Source: an uncultured Nitrososphaeraceae archaeon (GTDB lineage: Archaea; Thermoproteota; Nitrososphaeria; Nitrososphaerales; Nitrososphaeraceae). From it: a stretch of 64,000 bases of DNA. Of this stretch, positions 21,412-32,415 are shown piece by piece. The notes under the pieces are model-generated. The model had not been told where the DNA came from. It saw only the letters and a program-made list of their open reading frames with translations, and made no database searches. A program made the translations under genes and the position numbers. Where the stretch lies: assembly GCA_963779615.1 (NCBI GenBank), contig CAVZZA010000001.1:96001-160000 (forward strand), read 5' to 3'. The stretch's first letter is position 1. Each line of letters starts with the position of its first letter.

Positions 21412-22087
21412 TTTTTTAGTATAACACCCCTATATCCTTTATTTCCAGGTAAAGTCTATAAAAGTATTTGGTTTGATTTAAATAAAAAAGACAATTGAGT
21501 ATTTTTTTAATAAGGAAACAATAAAATACGCCTATGGATCGGGCCCTGCCAACCTTTCGTTCACCTCCCTATTGTGATATCAATGAATGGGTTAGGCCAC
21601 TTTTTCGTGTGATTTTATTTGCGTTTGTCATTTTTGCAAGAAAGTAATCGCCAAACAATCATGTATTCAAATAGTGCATTGTAACCCCACCCAATAATGA
21701 CCTTCTACCATAAAGGAGTGTTTGAGGATTCATTTCCGAGAATCACAGGCCTATGCACAACGTTCTGCCCTCCTCACCAACCCTATGTCGAAACTGGATG
21801 GAAAGTATTATCCACAACAAGAACCGAAAAAAACACCCATGGATTTGACACCTGACAGAGATCAGGACGAAATGGATTATTTTTTTTTAGACGCCAGTTT
21901 CCTGTAGATCAAGAGATCAAAGCACCAATCATAATCAACATAACGATACGATTGGCGTTTCCAATCATAAAAAAACATTGCAAAACATTGTTTTAGTTTG
22001 GATGTACAGGACCATTAGGCCAGATTTTTCCAGAACAAGTAAAAGCTTTATTTTTAAACAGTTAAATAATTTTTTAAAGAACACGAC

Positions 22088-22419
22088 AAAAAGAAGAATG
22101 GGGATAAGGAGGAGAAGACAGGCCTATAGACCGACTACGCCGTGACAGTTAGCGTTCCTTTCATGAAGGGATGCACTGTGCAGTGGTAAGGATAGTCACC
22201 AGCAGCCAAAGTCGATGTGTCTATTTTTGCGGACTTGCCCACCATTATGAGGCTCGTGTCAAACGATTTGCCGGTTGTGGGGTCATCTGGCCCCTCTCCG
22301 TTGGTTGCCGTATGCGGGGCATTGTCATCGTTTACCACGTTGACTGAATCACCCTTCTTCACGGACAATTTTGCTGGCTCATACGATGGATTGCCTTGGG
22401 TTGAAGCGCCTGAGGGAAT
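22088..22419. repeat. ~332-bp direct repeat, copy 2 (C-terminal cupredoxin domain of CoxB + terminator region)
   Basis: Near-identical to 19329-19661. Confidence 0.95.
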
Positions 22420-23082
22420 AGACAATGTAACTGAAGGTCCACCTGCATTTGTCGCATTGGATGCGCCAGCTGCATTTGATGCATTTGTTGCAGAAGATGA
22501 CGTGGCGTTTTGTGCAGGTGAGCCCGGTTTAACCAATGTTTCATATCCGGTGCCTTGTGATACCTCACCACCACCACTTGTTAGCGGATTGATAACTGTC
22601 GCAAATCCTGTGCCGCCTGATATCAATGGTTTTTCCGGGTTGCTTGGGACGGATTGGGTTCCATTGTTTTGCTCAACAAACAACTTTGCCCTCATGTCTT
22701 GATGTCCCTGGCCACGGTCCTCCCTGCATTCAATGAGGTATTCCCCGGGTTTGTCAAACACATTCCACATTGTGTTAACCCTACCCGGCACTGCATCCAT
22801 AAGAAGCGCAAAATCCGGCACTGCAAAATCGTGAAGAACATCAGTTGCAATCAGTTCAAATCTATAGGGTATATCCGTCTTCAAATGAAGCTCGTTTATC
22901 TCTTGTGTTCCATCCGCATGCTCGAAAGACCAAAACCACTGTTGGCCTATAACTCTAACAGTTTCAGAGTTGGGAGGAGCGTACTCCAACGTGTGTTCCA
23001 CCCTCCAGGACTCTGCGCCCACCCAAACCAACAGGGCAATTACAACAAGAACATATGCCCACTCAGGAGTGGCGTGTCCCAT
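22135..23082 (-). CDS. coxB: Heme-copper oxidase subunit II (CuA-type domain with degenerate motif) fused to a C-terminal blue-copper domain
   Basis: GQQWFWSF, DVLHDF, MDAVPGRVN, CREDRGQGHQDM; C-terminal YHCTVHPFM. Confidence 0.9.
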   Translation of the reverse strand: MGHATPEWAYVLVVIALLVWVGAESWRVEHTLEYAPPNSETVRVIGQQWFWSFEHADGTQEINELHLKTDIPYRFELIATDVLHDFAVPDFALLMDAVPGRVNTMWNVFDKPGEYLIECREDRGQGHQDMRAKLFVEQNNGTQSVPSNPEKPLISGGTGFATVINPLTSGGGEVSQGTGYETLVKPGSPAQNATSSSATNASNAAGASNATNAGGPSVTLSIPSGASTQGNPSYEPAKLSVKKGDSVNVVNDDNAPHTATNGEGPDDPTTGKSFDTSLIMVGKSAKIDTSTLAAGDYPYHCTVHPFMKGTLTVTA

Positions 23083-23354
23083 TAATCATTACCCCCACTT
23101 ACACTATAATCATTATACCTCTTGTGAGACTCCCTAAATCTCCAGCAAATGTATATCAATACACCCTGAACAACTGCCCCCACCATAAAGGCAGCAATCA
23201 TCAATCTATAAAACAAGGCCCAAATCTCAACCCGTCTGATAACAGTTTCACCACCTTCCTGAGCATAGACTATTTGGAGAACACTTTGGAAACCGATGGC
23301 GGCCATAGAACCCAAAATAAAAAACATCATTATTTTACTATAGGAATAAGCCAT
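23082..23354 (-). CDS. Small membrane protein resembling the first TM helix of oxidase subunit II (split-CoxB partner)
   Basis: Signal-like N-terminus, IWALFYRLM...YICWRFRE; 1-bp overlap with coxB start. Confidence 0.7.
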   Translation of the reverse strand: MAYSYSKIMMFFILGSMAAIGFQSVLQIVYAQEGGETVIRRVEIWALFYRLMIAAFMVGAVVQGVLIYICWRFRESHKRYNDYSVSGGND

Positions 23355-23468
23355 ATGACTTTATTTCACTCTCTATTTTGTTCTGTAAATTAACATCTAA
23401 TTTAAGGTTTTTGATAAATGAGGTCCCTTTTTTATTGTTGGCAGGGGATACATAATAAATAAAAATAA

Positions 23469-24104
23469 TCACGCATCGGAGACAAACCTACGTATGTCCA
23501 TCACATTCAATCCACATAATGAAATCACGTCATTACTGCTTTTAAAGATATTGAGGGAAGCGTTGGGAATATAGATATCATAAACCGAAGAGGGTTTTAT
23601 GTTCATTATAAGGGAGATAGCAGCTTTGATTGGGTCAAGGTGAGAAACAAGGAGAACATTTTCATCCCTGTGTTTTTTCACCATTTCCTGCAATAACGCA
23701 GAAACTCTTTTTTTTACCTCCCCGAAGGATTCGACCTCGAACTCCAATAGGGAATTTTCATCGTCATTGTCACAGTAAAACTTTACAAACAGATTTCCGT
23801 GTTTACTTATTAGGTCTTCATAGTACATTCCCACCAGCTTGCCCAATTCTATTTCAAACAAGCGCTCATCCTTTTCGATTGGCACACCTAGAATGCTGGA
23901 AACGATTTCAGCAGTCTCCATCGTTCTGATAACAGGGCTGGAATAAATTTTGTGCACATCAATGGTCGAGAGGATTTGCGTGGTGGTGTTTTTGACCTGC
24001 TCTCTTCCTAAATCGGTCAAATGAGACTCAAGGTTTCTGCCTACCAAAAGCTTTTTTACATTATTGTTGGCCTGGCCATGCCTCATGAATATGATAAGGG
24101 ACAT
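23469..24104 (-). CDS. Histidine phosphatase (phosphoglycerate mutase family)
   Basis: MRHGQ, LTDLGREQ, SSPVIRTMETA, LVSH, PNAS. Confidence 0.93.
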   Translation of the reverse strand: MSLIIFMRHGQANNNVKKLLVGRNLESHLTDLGREQVKNTTTQILSTIDVHKIYSSPVIRTMETAEIVSSILGVPIEKDERLFEIELGKLVGMYYEDLISKHGNLFVKFYCDNDDENSLLEFEVESFGEVKKRVSALLQEMVKKHRDENVLLVSHLDPIKAAISLIMNIKPSSVYDIYIPNASLNIFKSSNDVISLCGLNVMDIRRFVSDA

Positions 24105-24221
24105 TACTTAACAAGAGTATATTTTAAAATAATATTAATATTAAACGATTGGGATATTCGGATAAATATGGATTGTCGATTAAATATATTTAAAGCCTGA
24201 CAAGTTAACTGTCACAATTAT

Positions 24222-24896
24222 ATGAAAATTGGAATTATTGGTGGAACCGGTGGCATGGGGGAAGGATTTGCCCTGAGATGGGGTTTTAACCATGACGTTT
24301 TGATAGGCTCAAGGGACAAGCAAAAGGCAGAAAAGGCTGCCGAAGACACTCTAAGCAGCATTAAAGGCGCCCATGCCGATAAAATTAAGGGCACCATTTC
24401 TGGCAACGATAACACGTCAATAGCAAGGGACAGTGATGTTTTGATTCTCTCGATTCCCTATGACAACATTTCTGGCACCTGTAAAGACATCGCAAATGTC
24501 ATTAGTGAAAGCTGCATAGTAATTTCACCCATTGTGCCCATGGGAAGAAACGGTAATGGATTTTACTACATACCAATGGAGGAGGGGAAAAAGTCGGCCG
24601 GGGTTTTGGTCGCAGAAAACCTTTCGGGATGCAACAAAGTCGTATCGGCTTTCCACACCATCTCGGAGGTAAAACTAAGGGATTTAAAAACTCCAATGAA
24701 TATAGACACTTTTGTTTGTACCGACAACAAGGAATCCCTATCCACAGTCAATGGCTTAATAAGCGAAATTGAGGGACTTAGGTCTGTTTACCTTGGCCCC
24801 TTATCATTATCCTACCAGGCAGAGGTAATGACTCCAATGATACTCAACGCATCAAAACAAAACAAACTTAAGCATCCAGGCATAAAGCTGGTATAA
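24222..24896 (+). CDS. npdG: NADPH-dependent F420 reductase
   Basis: IGIIGGTGGMGEGFALRW, IGSR, VVSAFHTIS. Confidence 0.92.
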   Translation: MKIGIIGGTGGMGEGFALRWGFNHDVLIGSRDKQKAEKAAEDTLSSIKGAHADKIKGTISGNDNTSIARDSDVLILSIPYDNISGTCKDIANVISESCIVISPIVPMGRNGNGFYYIPMEEGKKSAGVLVAENLSGCNKVVSAFHTISEVKLRDLKTPMNIDTFVCTDNKESLSTVNGLISEIEGLRSVYLGPLSLSYQAEVMTPMILNASKQNKLKHPGIKLV

Positions 24897-24925
24897 AAAA
24901 ACCAAACATTCAGATTAACTTTAAA

Positions 24926-25195
24926 ATGGATTTTGACAAGATAGACAGAAAAATAAGAAGCAGCCAAAATGAATGGATGTTCCCATTAGGGGTTCTATTC
25001 ATTGTGATGGCGTTTATCATCCTTATCAGGAATCTCATTCTAATCACGACGGAGATGGGAATAGAGTTTTTTGTTGACAACTTTTTTAACTCGTCAGTAA
25101 CAAATGAAAAATTTGTAGTAGCAATGACAATCATGGGCGGCATCCTCATTTACTTTGGAAAGGCTAAAAGAAAAAGATATCTTAACGATGTCTAA
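24926..25195 (+). CDS. Small membrane protein, hypothetical
   Basis: Two TM helices; follows npdG. Confidence 0.65.
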   Translation: MDFDKIDRKIRSSQNEWMFPLGVLFIVMAFIILIRNLILITTEMGIEFFVDNFFNSSVTNEKFVVAMTIMGGILIYFGKAKRKRYLNDV

Positions 25196-25214
25196 TGGGA
25201 TAGCAAAAACTAAT

Positions 25215-26402
25215 TTACAATTTTTTTTTTAAAAAGATATCAATTTTGTCCATTGCCTCCTCCAGTATGGTTTCATGAGGCAGGTACACAACCCTAAAGT
25301 GGTTTGACCCGTTAACCCCAAACCCGGAACCATGGACAGTTAAAACACCTGTCGAATTCAGCATCTCGACTACGAACTCCAGGTCGCTTTTCCACCTGTT
25401 TTGCAGGTCGATTTGGGGGAACACATAAAAGGCACCCTTTGGTTTTTTGCAATGCACGCCATCAATTTCACCAAGCCTTTTGACCACAAGGTCCCGCCTA
25501 CTTTGCAACTTTTGCCTCATTTTCAAAATATGGTCTTGGGGGCCATTTAATGCCGCATTTGCGGCTATTTGAACCGGAAAGTTTGAAGCAATTCTGACTC
25601 TGGCCAGCTTGAAAATGTTATGCCTCAAAGAATCAAGTTGTCTGGAACTATTATTCATGCATATGTACCCGCACCTTAAACCAGTCATTGAATAGGTTTT
25701 AGAAAACCCGTTAAGAAGAACTACCGGAGCGTCCTTAGCCACGTTTCCGACGCAGGAAAATGCGTCATCAAACACTATTTCGTCATAGATTTCATCGCAT
25801 ATGATGTATAGATTGTTCTCTGAGGCAACATCCACTATGGATTTCAAGCCTTTTAAATCAAAAACTTCTCCAGTGGGATTGCTTGGGTTTATTAGACAGA
25901 TCGCTTTTGATCTGCCGGTTATTTTCTTCCTTATGTCATCTATATCGGGTGTCCCATCGTTCAGTATTTTAAACTCCACTATATTCCCCCCATAAAACTT
26001 TGCATAGGAAGAATAGGGCGGATAATATGGTCCGGGTAGCAATATTTCATCTTTTTCCTCGACTATAGAACCCATCACCATGTCCAATCCCTCGGAAACA
26101 CCATTTGTAACTAAAACATCCTCAAAAGTAAGGTCCAATCCTTTTTTTCCGCTTTCTTTTTCAACAATAGACTGCCGCAGGTCCGGCCAGCCCTCAGAAT
26201 CGGTGTAATAGTCATTATCATGATTTAACGCATCAATTAACGCATTCTTAATGTGAGCAGGGGTTTTAAAATCAAATGCTACAGGATCACCTATATTCAA
26301 GTATATTATTTTCCTACCGGTTTTCTGGTATTCTCTAGCATGCAAAATGATATCCCTTATTGCATATTCTACCCTACCGAGCCTCTCAGATATTTTAATC
26401 AA
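25215..26402 (-). CDS. PLP-dependent aminotransferase class I/II (AlaA-like)
   Basis: YAIRD, LNIGDP, NPSNPTG, DEIYD, NGFSKTYSMTGLRCG. Confidence 0.95.
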   Translation of the reverse strand: MIKISERLGRVEYAIRDIILHAREYQKTGRKIIYLNIGDPVAFDFKTPAHIKNALIDALNHDNDYYTDSEGWPDLRQSIVEKESGKKGLDLTFEDVLVTNGVSEGLDMVMGSIVEEKDEILLPGPYYPPYSSYAKFYGGNIVEFKILNDGTPDIDDIRKKITGRSKAICLINPSNPTGEVFDLKGLKSIVDVASENNLYIICDEIYDEIVFDDAFSCVGNVAKDAPVVLLNGFSKTYSMTGLRCGYICMNNSSRQLDSLRHNIFKLARVRIASNFPVQIAANAALNGPQDHILKMRQKLQSRRDLVVKRLGEIDGVHCKKPKGAFYVFPQIDLQNRWKSDLEFVVEMLNSTGVLTVHGSGFGVNGSNHFRVVYLPHETILEEAMDKIDIFLKKKL

Positions 26403-26710
26403 TTATAAAGTTCCAATTATATATAATGGGGAGTTGATATTTGTATTTTGTCAAACAGGTACACAACAACATAAACTAAAACCAATAAGGCATTTGCACA
26501 CAATGTGAACAAACGAGTCATCAGACTGCTCTGTTCAGTTTTTAAGCCCACGGATAAAAAACGGTTAACCGGTGTTTTATAATGCGCGTTGAAATGAAAA
26601 AAGCAGGACCACATCAAGAACAAGCCAGACCATAGTCACCATCCAAATACAAATAAACTATCATACCACCACCACTGCTGCTGGTGAAAACCTGTTTCAT
26701 GGCGTATGAA

Positions 26711-27022
26711 TTAATCCATGATACTAGATTCTCTTAGATCGGCGTAGGATTTCACCTCTAATTGAATAAACGCCTCAAGCATATTTCGGTAGATCACCTC
26801 AACGGTAAATGGATCAAAATCTATCTCTTTAGCGTATAAGGTCACCTTTTCAATAATTTGCTCCAGCCTTTTTGCATCCCTAATATGGTCAGGAGTTGTT
26901 TTAAACCTTGCAGCCTGTTTTACACAGTTTCCGCGTTTAGATAACAGAACAACAATTTCTTTATCTATTTTATCAATACTTGCGCGAATCTCATCCAGGG
27001 ATAAGAATTTTGGCTCACCCAT
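26711..27022 (-). CDS. Chorismate mutase type II / isochorismate pyruvate-lyase family
   Basis: LDEIRASIDKIDKEIVVLLSKR...AARFK...RD..R. Confidence 0.88.
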   Translation of the reverse strand: MGEPKFLSLDEIRASIDKIDKEIVVLLSKRGNCVKQAARFKTTPDHIRDAKRLEQIIEKVTLYAKEIDFDPFTVEVIYRNMLEAFIQLEVKSYADLRESSIMD

Positions 27023-27423
27023 TCAGAAATACTGGCCGCTTAAAATTTATATACTTTAAAAGTTCCTCCATGCGTTAAAGCAAACAAGTTCAAAGCATTG
27101 TAACCAAAACAGTTAAAATTTGGGCCTTTATCGCTTTTTATCCATGCAATGTCTTCTTTATGCATGCTCCATCCCCAAAGGCCGTAACAATAAACTTCAG
27201 ATCATCATGCAAAAATGCGCATGTTTGTGCGCATAGACATATCACCGCACATTACAGTTGCTTTGTTATGGCCCCTGTTCCGACCAATTTTCAATGCAAT
27301 GTCATCACATCGGTAATGCATGCACACCATTGTTGCAGGGTAACAGACATGGCCTTGGAGTTTTGTGGCAGTAGCAGTAGCCGCCATAGCACAGTACTTC
27401 ATTAAGAGGAATGTTATAGAACT

Positions 27424-27696
27424 ATGTCAATATTAAAATATGATTATAAACTTTGTTATATAATACAGATCATGATTTACAATACTCGAAGTTTAAAAAA
27501 CCTGATTAAAAAATGCATTTACGAAGAAAACACAAACAAGAAAATAAAATTGTTTTTTAAAATAAACTCACTGCTCCCTGAAGAATCAAAAATACACATG
27601 CCCTCATTCATAACAAATGACTACATTAACAAAATGTTGTATAAACTAGAGGAAATTAACTCAAAAAAGCAAATGTCTGGACAAATGGTAAATTAA
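27424..27696 (+). CDS. Hypothetical protein (likely start MIYNTR)
   Basis: ORF with plausible composition only. Confidence 0.5.
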   Translation: MSILKYDYKLCYIIQIMIYNTRSLKNLIKKCIYEENTNKKIKLFFKINSLLPEESKIHMPSFITNDYINKMLYKLEEINSKKQMSGQMVN

Positions 27697-28069
27697 CAGC
27701 AACCCTCAAAAAAAAATTACCCAAATCGTCATTGCTTTTACCAACTCATCATTTACTTACACAACACTAAATACTGCACAAGAGTTTATTTACCCGAAAC
27801 TTCCCCGCCTGCTATCGACGGACTGACGATACAATAAGTTTTGTGGTCAACAGTTTGATGTTGATTGATAATCAGGGTTGCTAAACTATAGAAATGAACC
27901 CACATTGTAAAACATCTATATCGTGTATACAATAGTCAGGCACCATCATGAAACAAATGCAAGAAATGTATAAAATATAGGATTTATGCCCGATTTGACA
28001 CAAAAAGCAATTAAAAAATAATTTCACTGGCAGCAATTGTAAATAGTCCACTATCGAATACCTTCAGAA

Positions 28070-28978
28070 TGTATCCCATTGTAATGATAACAATAGCAAC
28101 AATAGCAATAACAACAGAGTAGTTGTCATAAAGGGGTTCAGCATAGGTATTGGCAAACCCGTTGCAGAAGAACTTGCCAAAGTTGGATACTGCGTGTCAA
28201 TAAATTCTTTGGATGAGCATGAGCCAAAAAAACGCCGTTGATGAAATTTCAAATACCAGAGATGACAGAAACAGGTAGATTTTGTTATTGGGTGGGAGGG
28301 GCGTACGTTTCCCAGCGGCATTTTGGTGAATCGTCAATGGAGGAGGCCGCCAAAAGATTTGGCGGTATTGACATACTAATAAACAACGGAAAAACAACAA
28401 CCGGTCCAATAAATGTTAGTGACAGTTGCGTCAAAACGAAAAGCAATTTGCGGCAAACACCTAATTCCGTAATGGAGGAATACGAATTTGTTAATCCCAA
28501 AATAAAAGGCACATATTTCTGCACCAAAGCCGCGGTAAAACTCATGTCAAATGAGAACAATAAAAAAACTGTTATTCAGTTATTGACATATCCTCGTGCC
28601 AGGGTGCTTGACTCATCTGAGATAAACTCATGCACCAAACTTGCTTTTGGTGTGGATCCATATGTTGACTCTATCTACAACATCGAAACATTAACAAAAA
28701 CAATTGAACTGAATTACCAGACAAAGGAATGAGGGTGAACGGAATCATACCCCGGCTTTGCACATATCGACACAAATAAAGAGATTGAGGAAGATGAGCA
28801 AAAAAGAAACGACAAGAAAGAAGGAACACCAATCAAGAGAACTGCCAAACCGCAGGAGGTTTCAAAAGTGGCCATATTCCTGGCATAGGAAGATGACAGT
28901 TATATAAAAGGAGCAATGACTCGTGTTGACGGTGGTCTAACGCTTGCTGGTCCCAACTATTTTGTAGAAGTCATTTGA
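28070..28978 (+). pseudogene. Degraded short-chain dehydrogenase/reductase
   Basis: RVVVIKGFSIGIG, FGGIDILINN, RVNGIIPG, AIFLA*, VDGGLTL spread over several frames with stops; start approximate. Confidence 0.85.
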
Positions 28979-29400
28979 CGTTCACATTTTGAGTTTGAGT
29001 TTGAGTTTGTATGATCACAGTTATAGATTTTCGGCAAATGGAGAATAAAAAAGCTGCGTTATGAATGATTACTTTTGTCCATCAACGATGACTAACCAAT
29101 GAATGAATTATTATACGGTGAGACGGCAATTGGGCAATAGGAAAATCAAATAGAATTTCTGTCAAACAGGTACATCGACAATACCAAAGCGCGACAAGTG
29201 CAATATACAAAATAAGCAATCATTTACCAATTCCAAAAAAAAGACCGATAGGCCGATATACACCGCATTAAAACATGACCTTACCTAACGACCTCATCAA
29301 TGAATTTTATTTGCAATACCCATGATCAACACACAAATAAAAAACAAAACAAAAACAAAACATAATAACAATAAACCACAACATTACTTGGAGACTGAAT

Positions 29401-29694
29401 TTGGAAAATGGAAATGACGATACCAAATTAGAATATGTTTTATTAGATGACAAGGATAACAGCGAAAAAGAGTTATGGGAAATAGACTACAACGACAATA
29501 TTGCATTAAATGTTAGCGAAGTAATAAATCCGGACTCTATTGATGACTTAATCACATATCCAGGAAAAATTGAGACCTTTTTATCAAAAGAGAGAGGGTG
29601 CAACAACATCCATTTTCACAATTCCCTCAGCATCCCCACAAGAATTCACTTAAACGCAAAAGAAACAAAACTAGGAGGATGCACGTTTAAGTGA
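29401..29694 (+). CDS. Hypothetical acidic protein or gene remnant
   Basis: ORF only; no motif recognised. Confidence 0.3.
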   Translation: MENGNDDTKLEYVLLDDKDNSEKELWEIDYNDNIALNVSEVINPDSIDDLITYPGKIETFLSKERGCNNIHFHNSLSIPTRIHLNAKETKLGGCTFK

Positions 29695-30339
29695 ATACCT
29701 AGTTTGTGCATTCGTGACCCCAACTGCACCACACGGCAATGTTTTCAGCCCATTATGACTTTTCAAATGCCCTAGGAGGGCAACCACAGTTAACACCATA
29801 AGACTTTTTGAATTCACCTACAAATTATGTTTTAGCATGTACCCATAACTCAATTAACTCTTGCAGCATTGTTCACAAAATTTAAAATCAAACACCATTA
29901 ACAAAACCCTCCATTAAAAAAAATATCAGCATCTTCGTATTGTTTACGTTTACAGTTTTGGTGAGGGGGGGGCATTTGGTCACCAGTTCTTTCGTTTTAC
30001 ATTTGCCGAACTTGCGCCCTTATTTTTTGCTTTTTACCATCACAAAATTCAAAATGTTAAATTAAAACCACAGTACAGGAAACAAATTCATAGAACACCA
30101 GCAAGGCAACATGCCTTTTTTGTACGGCATACTGGAAGAAAAAAGGCGAACAGTCCATGGATTGTAAAAGATCTTAAGTTATGATCGCCTTAGAGAACAT
30201 TCCAACATTGATCACCTGAAGCATAGAAAAGAAACAAGTTTTTTGTGACCGATGAGGCTACAAAAGAGGAACGTGAGTCTTACATAACAAATAAATTTAT
30301 ATGTATGCATTTTTTCCATTTTTGATTGTTTGAAGGTAT

Positions 30340-31239
30340 TTGGATAACTCAAATCCAACTTTAACTTTTGATCCAACCCAATACAAGATCAATAACAAAA
30401 CAAATTGGAATGCTATTGCCCCACTCTACCACAAGGATTGGGCAAGCACCTACACCGGGCCTTTTAAATCAACAATTGAATTAGTAAAATTTGCCGACAT
30501 AAATTCAAACGACACGGTACTGGATCTGGCTTGTGGAACGGGAGCAGTCTCTAAAGAGATAATCAAGAATATGGGCAACAATGACGGCCCAAATGAGAGT
30601 GGCAGAAAAGGCATGCTGGTTGGAATTGACATTTCGCGGTCTGCTCTTTCAATAGCCAAAGCATCAACTTCCCCATATTTTGCAAAACCTTTGTTTATTG
30701 AGATGGATGCCGAAAACTTGGCGTTTCGCAAACCTTTTTTTACCAAAATATTCTGCCAGTTTGGCTTGACATTTTTTCCCAACACACCACATGTTCTGAA
30801 AGAGCTAAAAGAGATCCTGGTGAAGGATGGAAAGTTATTTGTTGCAGTTCATGGCATTGCGGAAAATGTTCCTTATTTTAGTTGCATAATGGATTCAATA
30901 CTAAAATATATTCCAGATGCAAGGCCAAAAGGATCACCAACAGTCCACACATTTGGAAATCCTGTTGATTTGTACAAAATACTAGAGGATTCAGGGTATT
31001 CCAACATATCAGTAAAAAAACACACTTTTTACTATCATGCAGGCACGTTTGAGCAATACTGGTTTGACTACATGTCATCAACCGCAAATTCAATCCGTCC
31101 GTTAATCGAATCAAAGGGAACCGACATAATTTTTTCCATAAAAAAAGACTCCAAAGAGACTGCAGCCAAACATTCAGACGGTAAAGGAATAATCAATTTT
31201 CCTTGGGATGTGTTGATTGCAACAGCTAACAAAGATTGA
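30340..31239 (+). CDS. Class I SAM-dependent methyltransferase (UbiE-like)
   Basis: VLDLACGTG, GIDIS, MDAENL, CQFGLTFFP. Confidence 0.92.
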   Translation: MDNSNPTLTFDPTQYKINNKTNWNAIAPLYHKDWASTYTGPFKSTIELVKFADINSNDTVLDLACGTGAVSKEIIKNMGNNDGPNESGRKGMLVGIDISRSALSIAKASTSPYFAKPLFIEMDAENLAFRKPFFTKIFCQFGLTFFPNTPHVLKELKEILVKDGKLFVAVHGIAENVPYFSCIMDSILKYIPDARPKGSPTVHTFGNPVDLYKILEDSGYSNISVKKHTFYYHAGTFEQYWFDYMSSTANSIRPLIESKGTDIIFSIKKDSKETAAKHSDGKGIINFPWDVLIATANKD

Positions 31240-31381
31240 AAATGATGGAGGTTTTGACGGCCGCCTTTTATGCAGAAACAAAACGCAGGCGAAAGTACGG
31301 GCAACCGCGGTTAATTCCATTTCACGCCACTCAGCAAAGTGCGAATACCGACTTTAATGCATGCAAATACTTTTTCTTTTG

Positions 31382-31645
31382 TTAAGGGAACGGTAAATCG
31401 TCGACGTCCATGTCATCGTCATCACCATTAGAGTCATCTCCATCTCCACTATCCGATTGCTCTGCAAAAACTTGACCAAACGGTAAAGAAAATGATGAAT
31501 CACCGGAGTCATGGTCATGGTCATTGTCTTTGTGATTATCGTCGCTAGAGGCATATACACTCTGAGAAGACCCCAAGGTAAGCGTTAGAACTGCTGCAGC
31601 AACTAACATGATAAAAGAATAACAAAAATTAAATCTTCTCTTCAT
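31382..31645 (-). CDS. Small secreted Asp/His-rich protein
   Basis: Signal peptide ending VYA, DDNHKDNDHDHD, LPF repeated, C-terminal LPFP. Confidence 0.65.
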   Translation of the reverse strand: MKRRFNFCYSFIMLVAAAVLTLTLGSSQSVYASSDDNHKDNDHDHDSGDSSFSLPFGQVFAEQSDSGDGDDSNGDDDDMDVDDLPFP

Positions 31646-31756
31646 TATATGTAATTGATATGCAATTTTTTAATATAAATTGATTGTGTCAGATATTTCT
31701 ACATCATAGTTAGGATAATATGTTCTATATGGCTTAAATACTCATAGCGGGGGCAT

Positions 31757-31966
31757 TTAAGGGTTATAGGGATGATAAGCCATACTATTTGTCTGTGGGC
31801 TGACGGTATCGTTTACCGTATCTTCAACTACATTATATGGAGGGATGAGAAGCGGAATAAGACTATCATCTGCATTGAGATATGTTTGCGCATAGGATTC
31901 ATATAGATTAATGTTTAAAATGATGGCCATACTTAAAAATAATATTGTTATTGTATATTTAAACAT
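31757..31966 (-). CDS. Small secreted protein, hypothetical
   Basis: Signal peptide ending SYA. Confidence 0.5.
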   Translation of the reverse strand: MFKYTITILFLSMAIILNINLYESYAQTYLNADDSLIPLLIPPYNVVEDTVNDTVSPQTNSMAYHPYNP

Positions 31967-32415
31967 AATATTGTTATATGTAATTAACTGCTATAGTATT
32001 TATACATATACATCAATATGTTGAAATTCTTTATTTTTTCCACTAAACGTCATTACCCATCAATATCAGGACATAATCTTGAATGTTCAAGAATACCCAA
32101 GAATACCCAAGAACAAGCATACGCTTTATTTCAACCATCCAGGCAAACCAGGTATAAATTATGAAAGTTTTTCATCCATATCTACTACAACAACAATAAC
32201 AAAAACAGAAAATCGCGAATGCAATACAAACGTAAATGTTTTGAGCATCTACAAGCATGCAGGTAATTTATTTTATCATATAATCTATCATTTATCCCTA
32301 AAGCGCAATGCGCTTTACACCAATTTATTGAACCAGCTATTTAATGCAAAACTTCATTTTATTTATAAATATCTATAATAATATTTTTATGTAAGAAGAT
32401 ACCATTATAATGTAA

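Noticed and set aside
27160-27405. Cys/His-rich short ORFs on both strands
   Set aside because: No coherent motif; probably a degraded remnant that I cannot identify.
28988-29370. Short simple repeats (TTTGAG)3 and (AAAAAC)n
   Set aside because: Ordinary microsatellites in AT-rich intergenic DNA with no associated gene.
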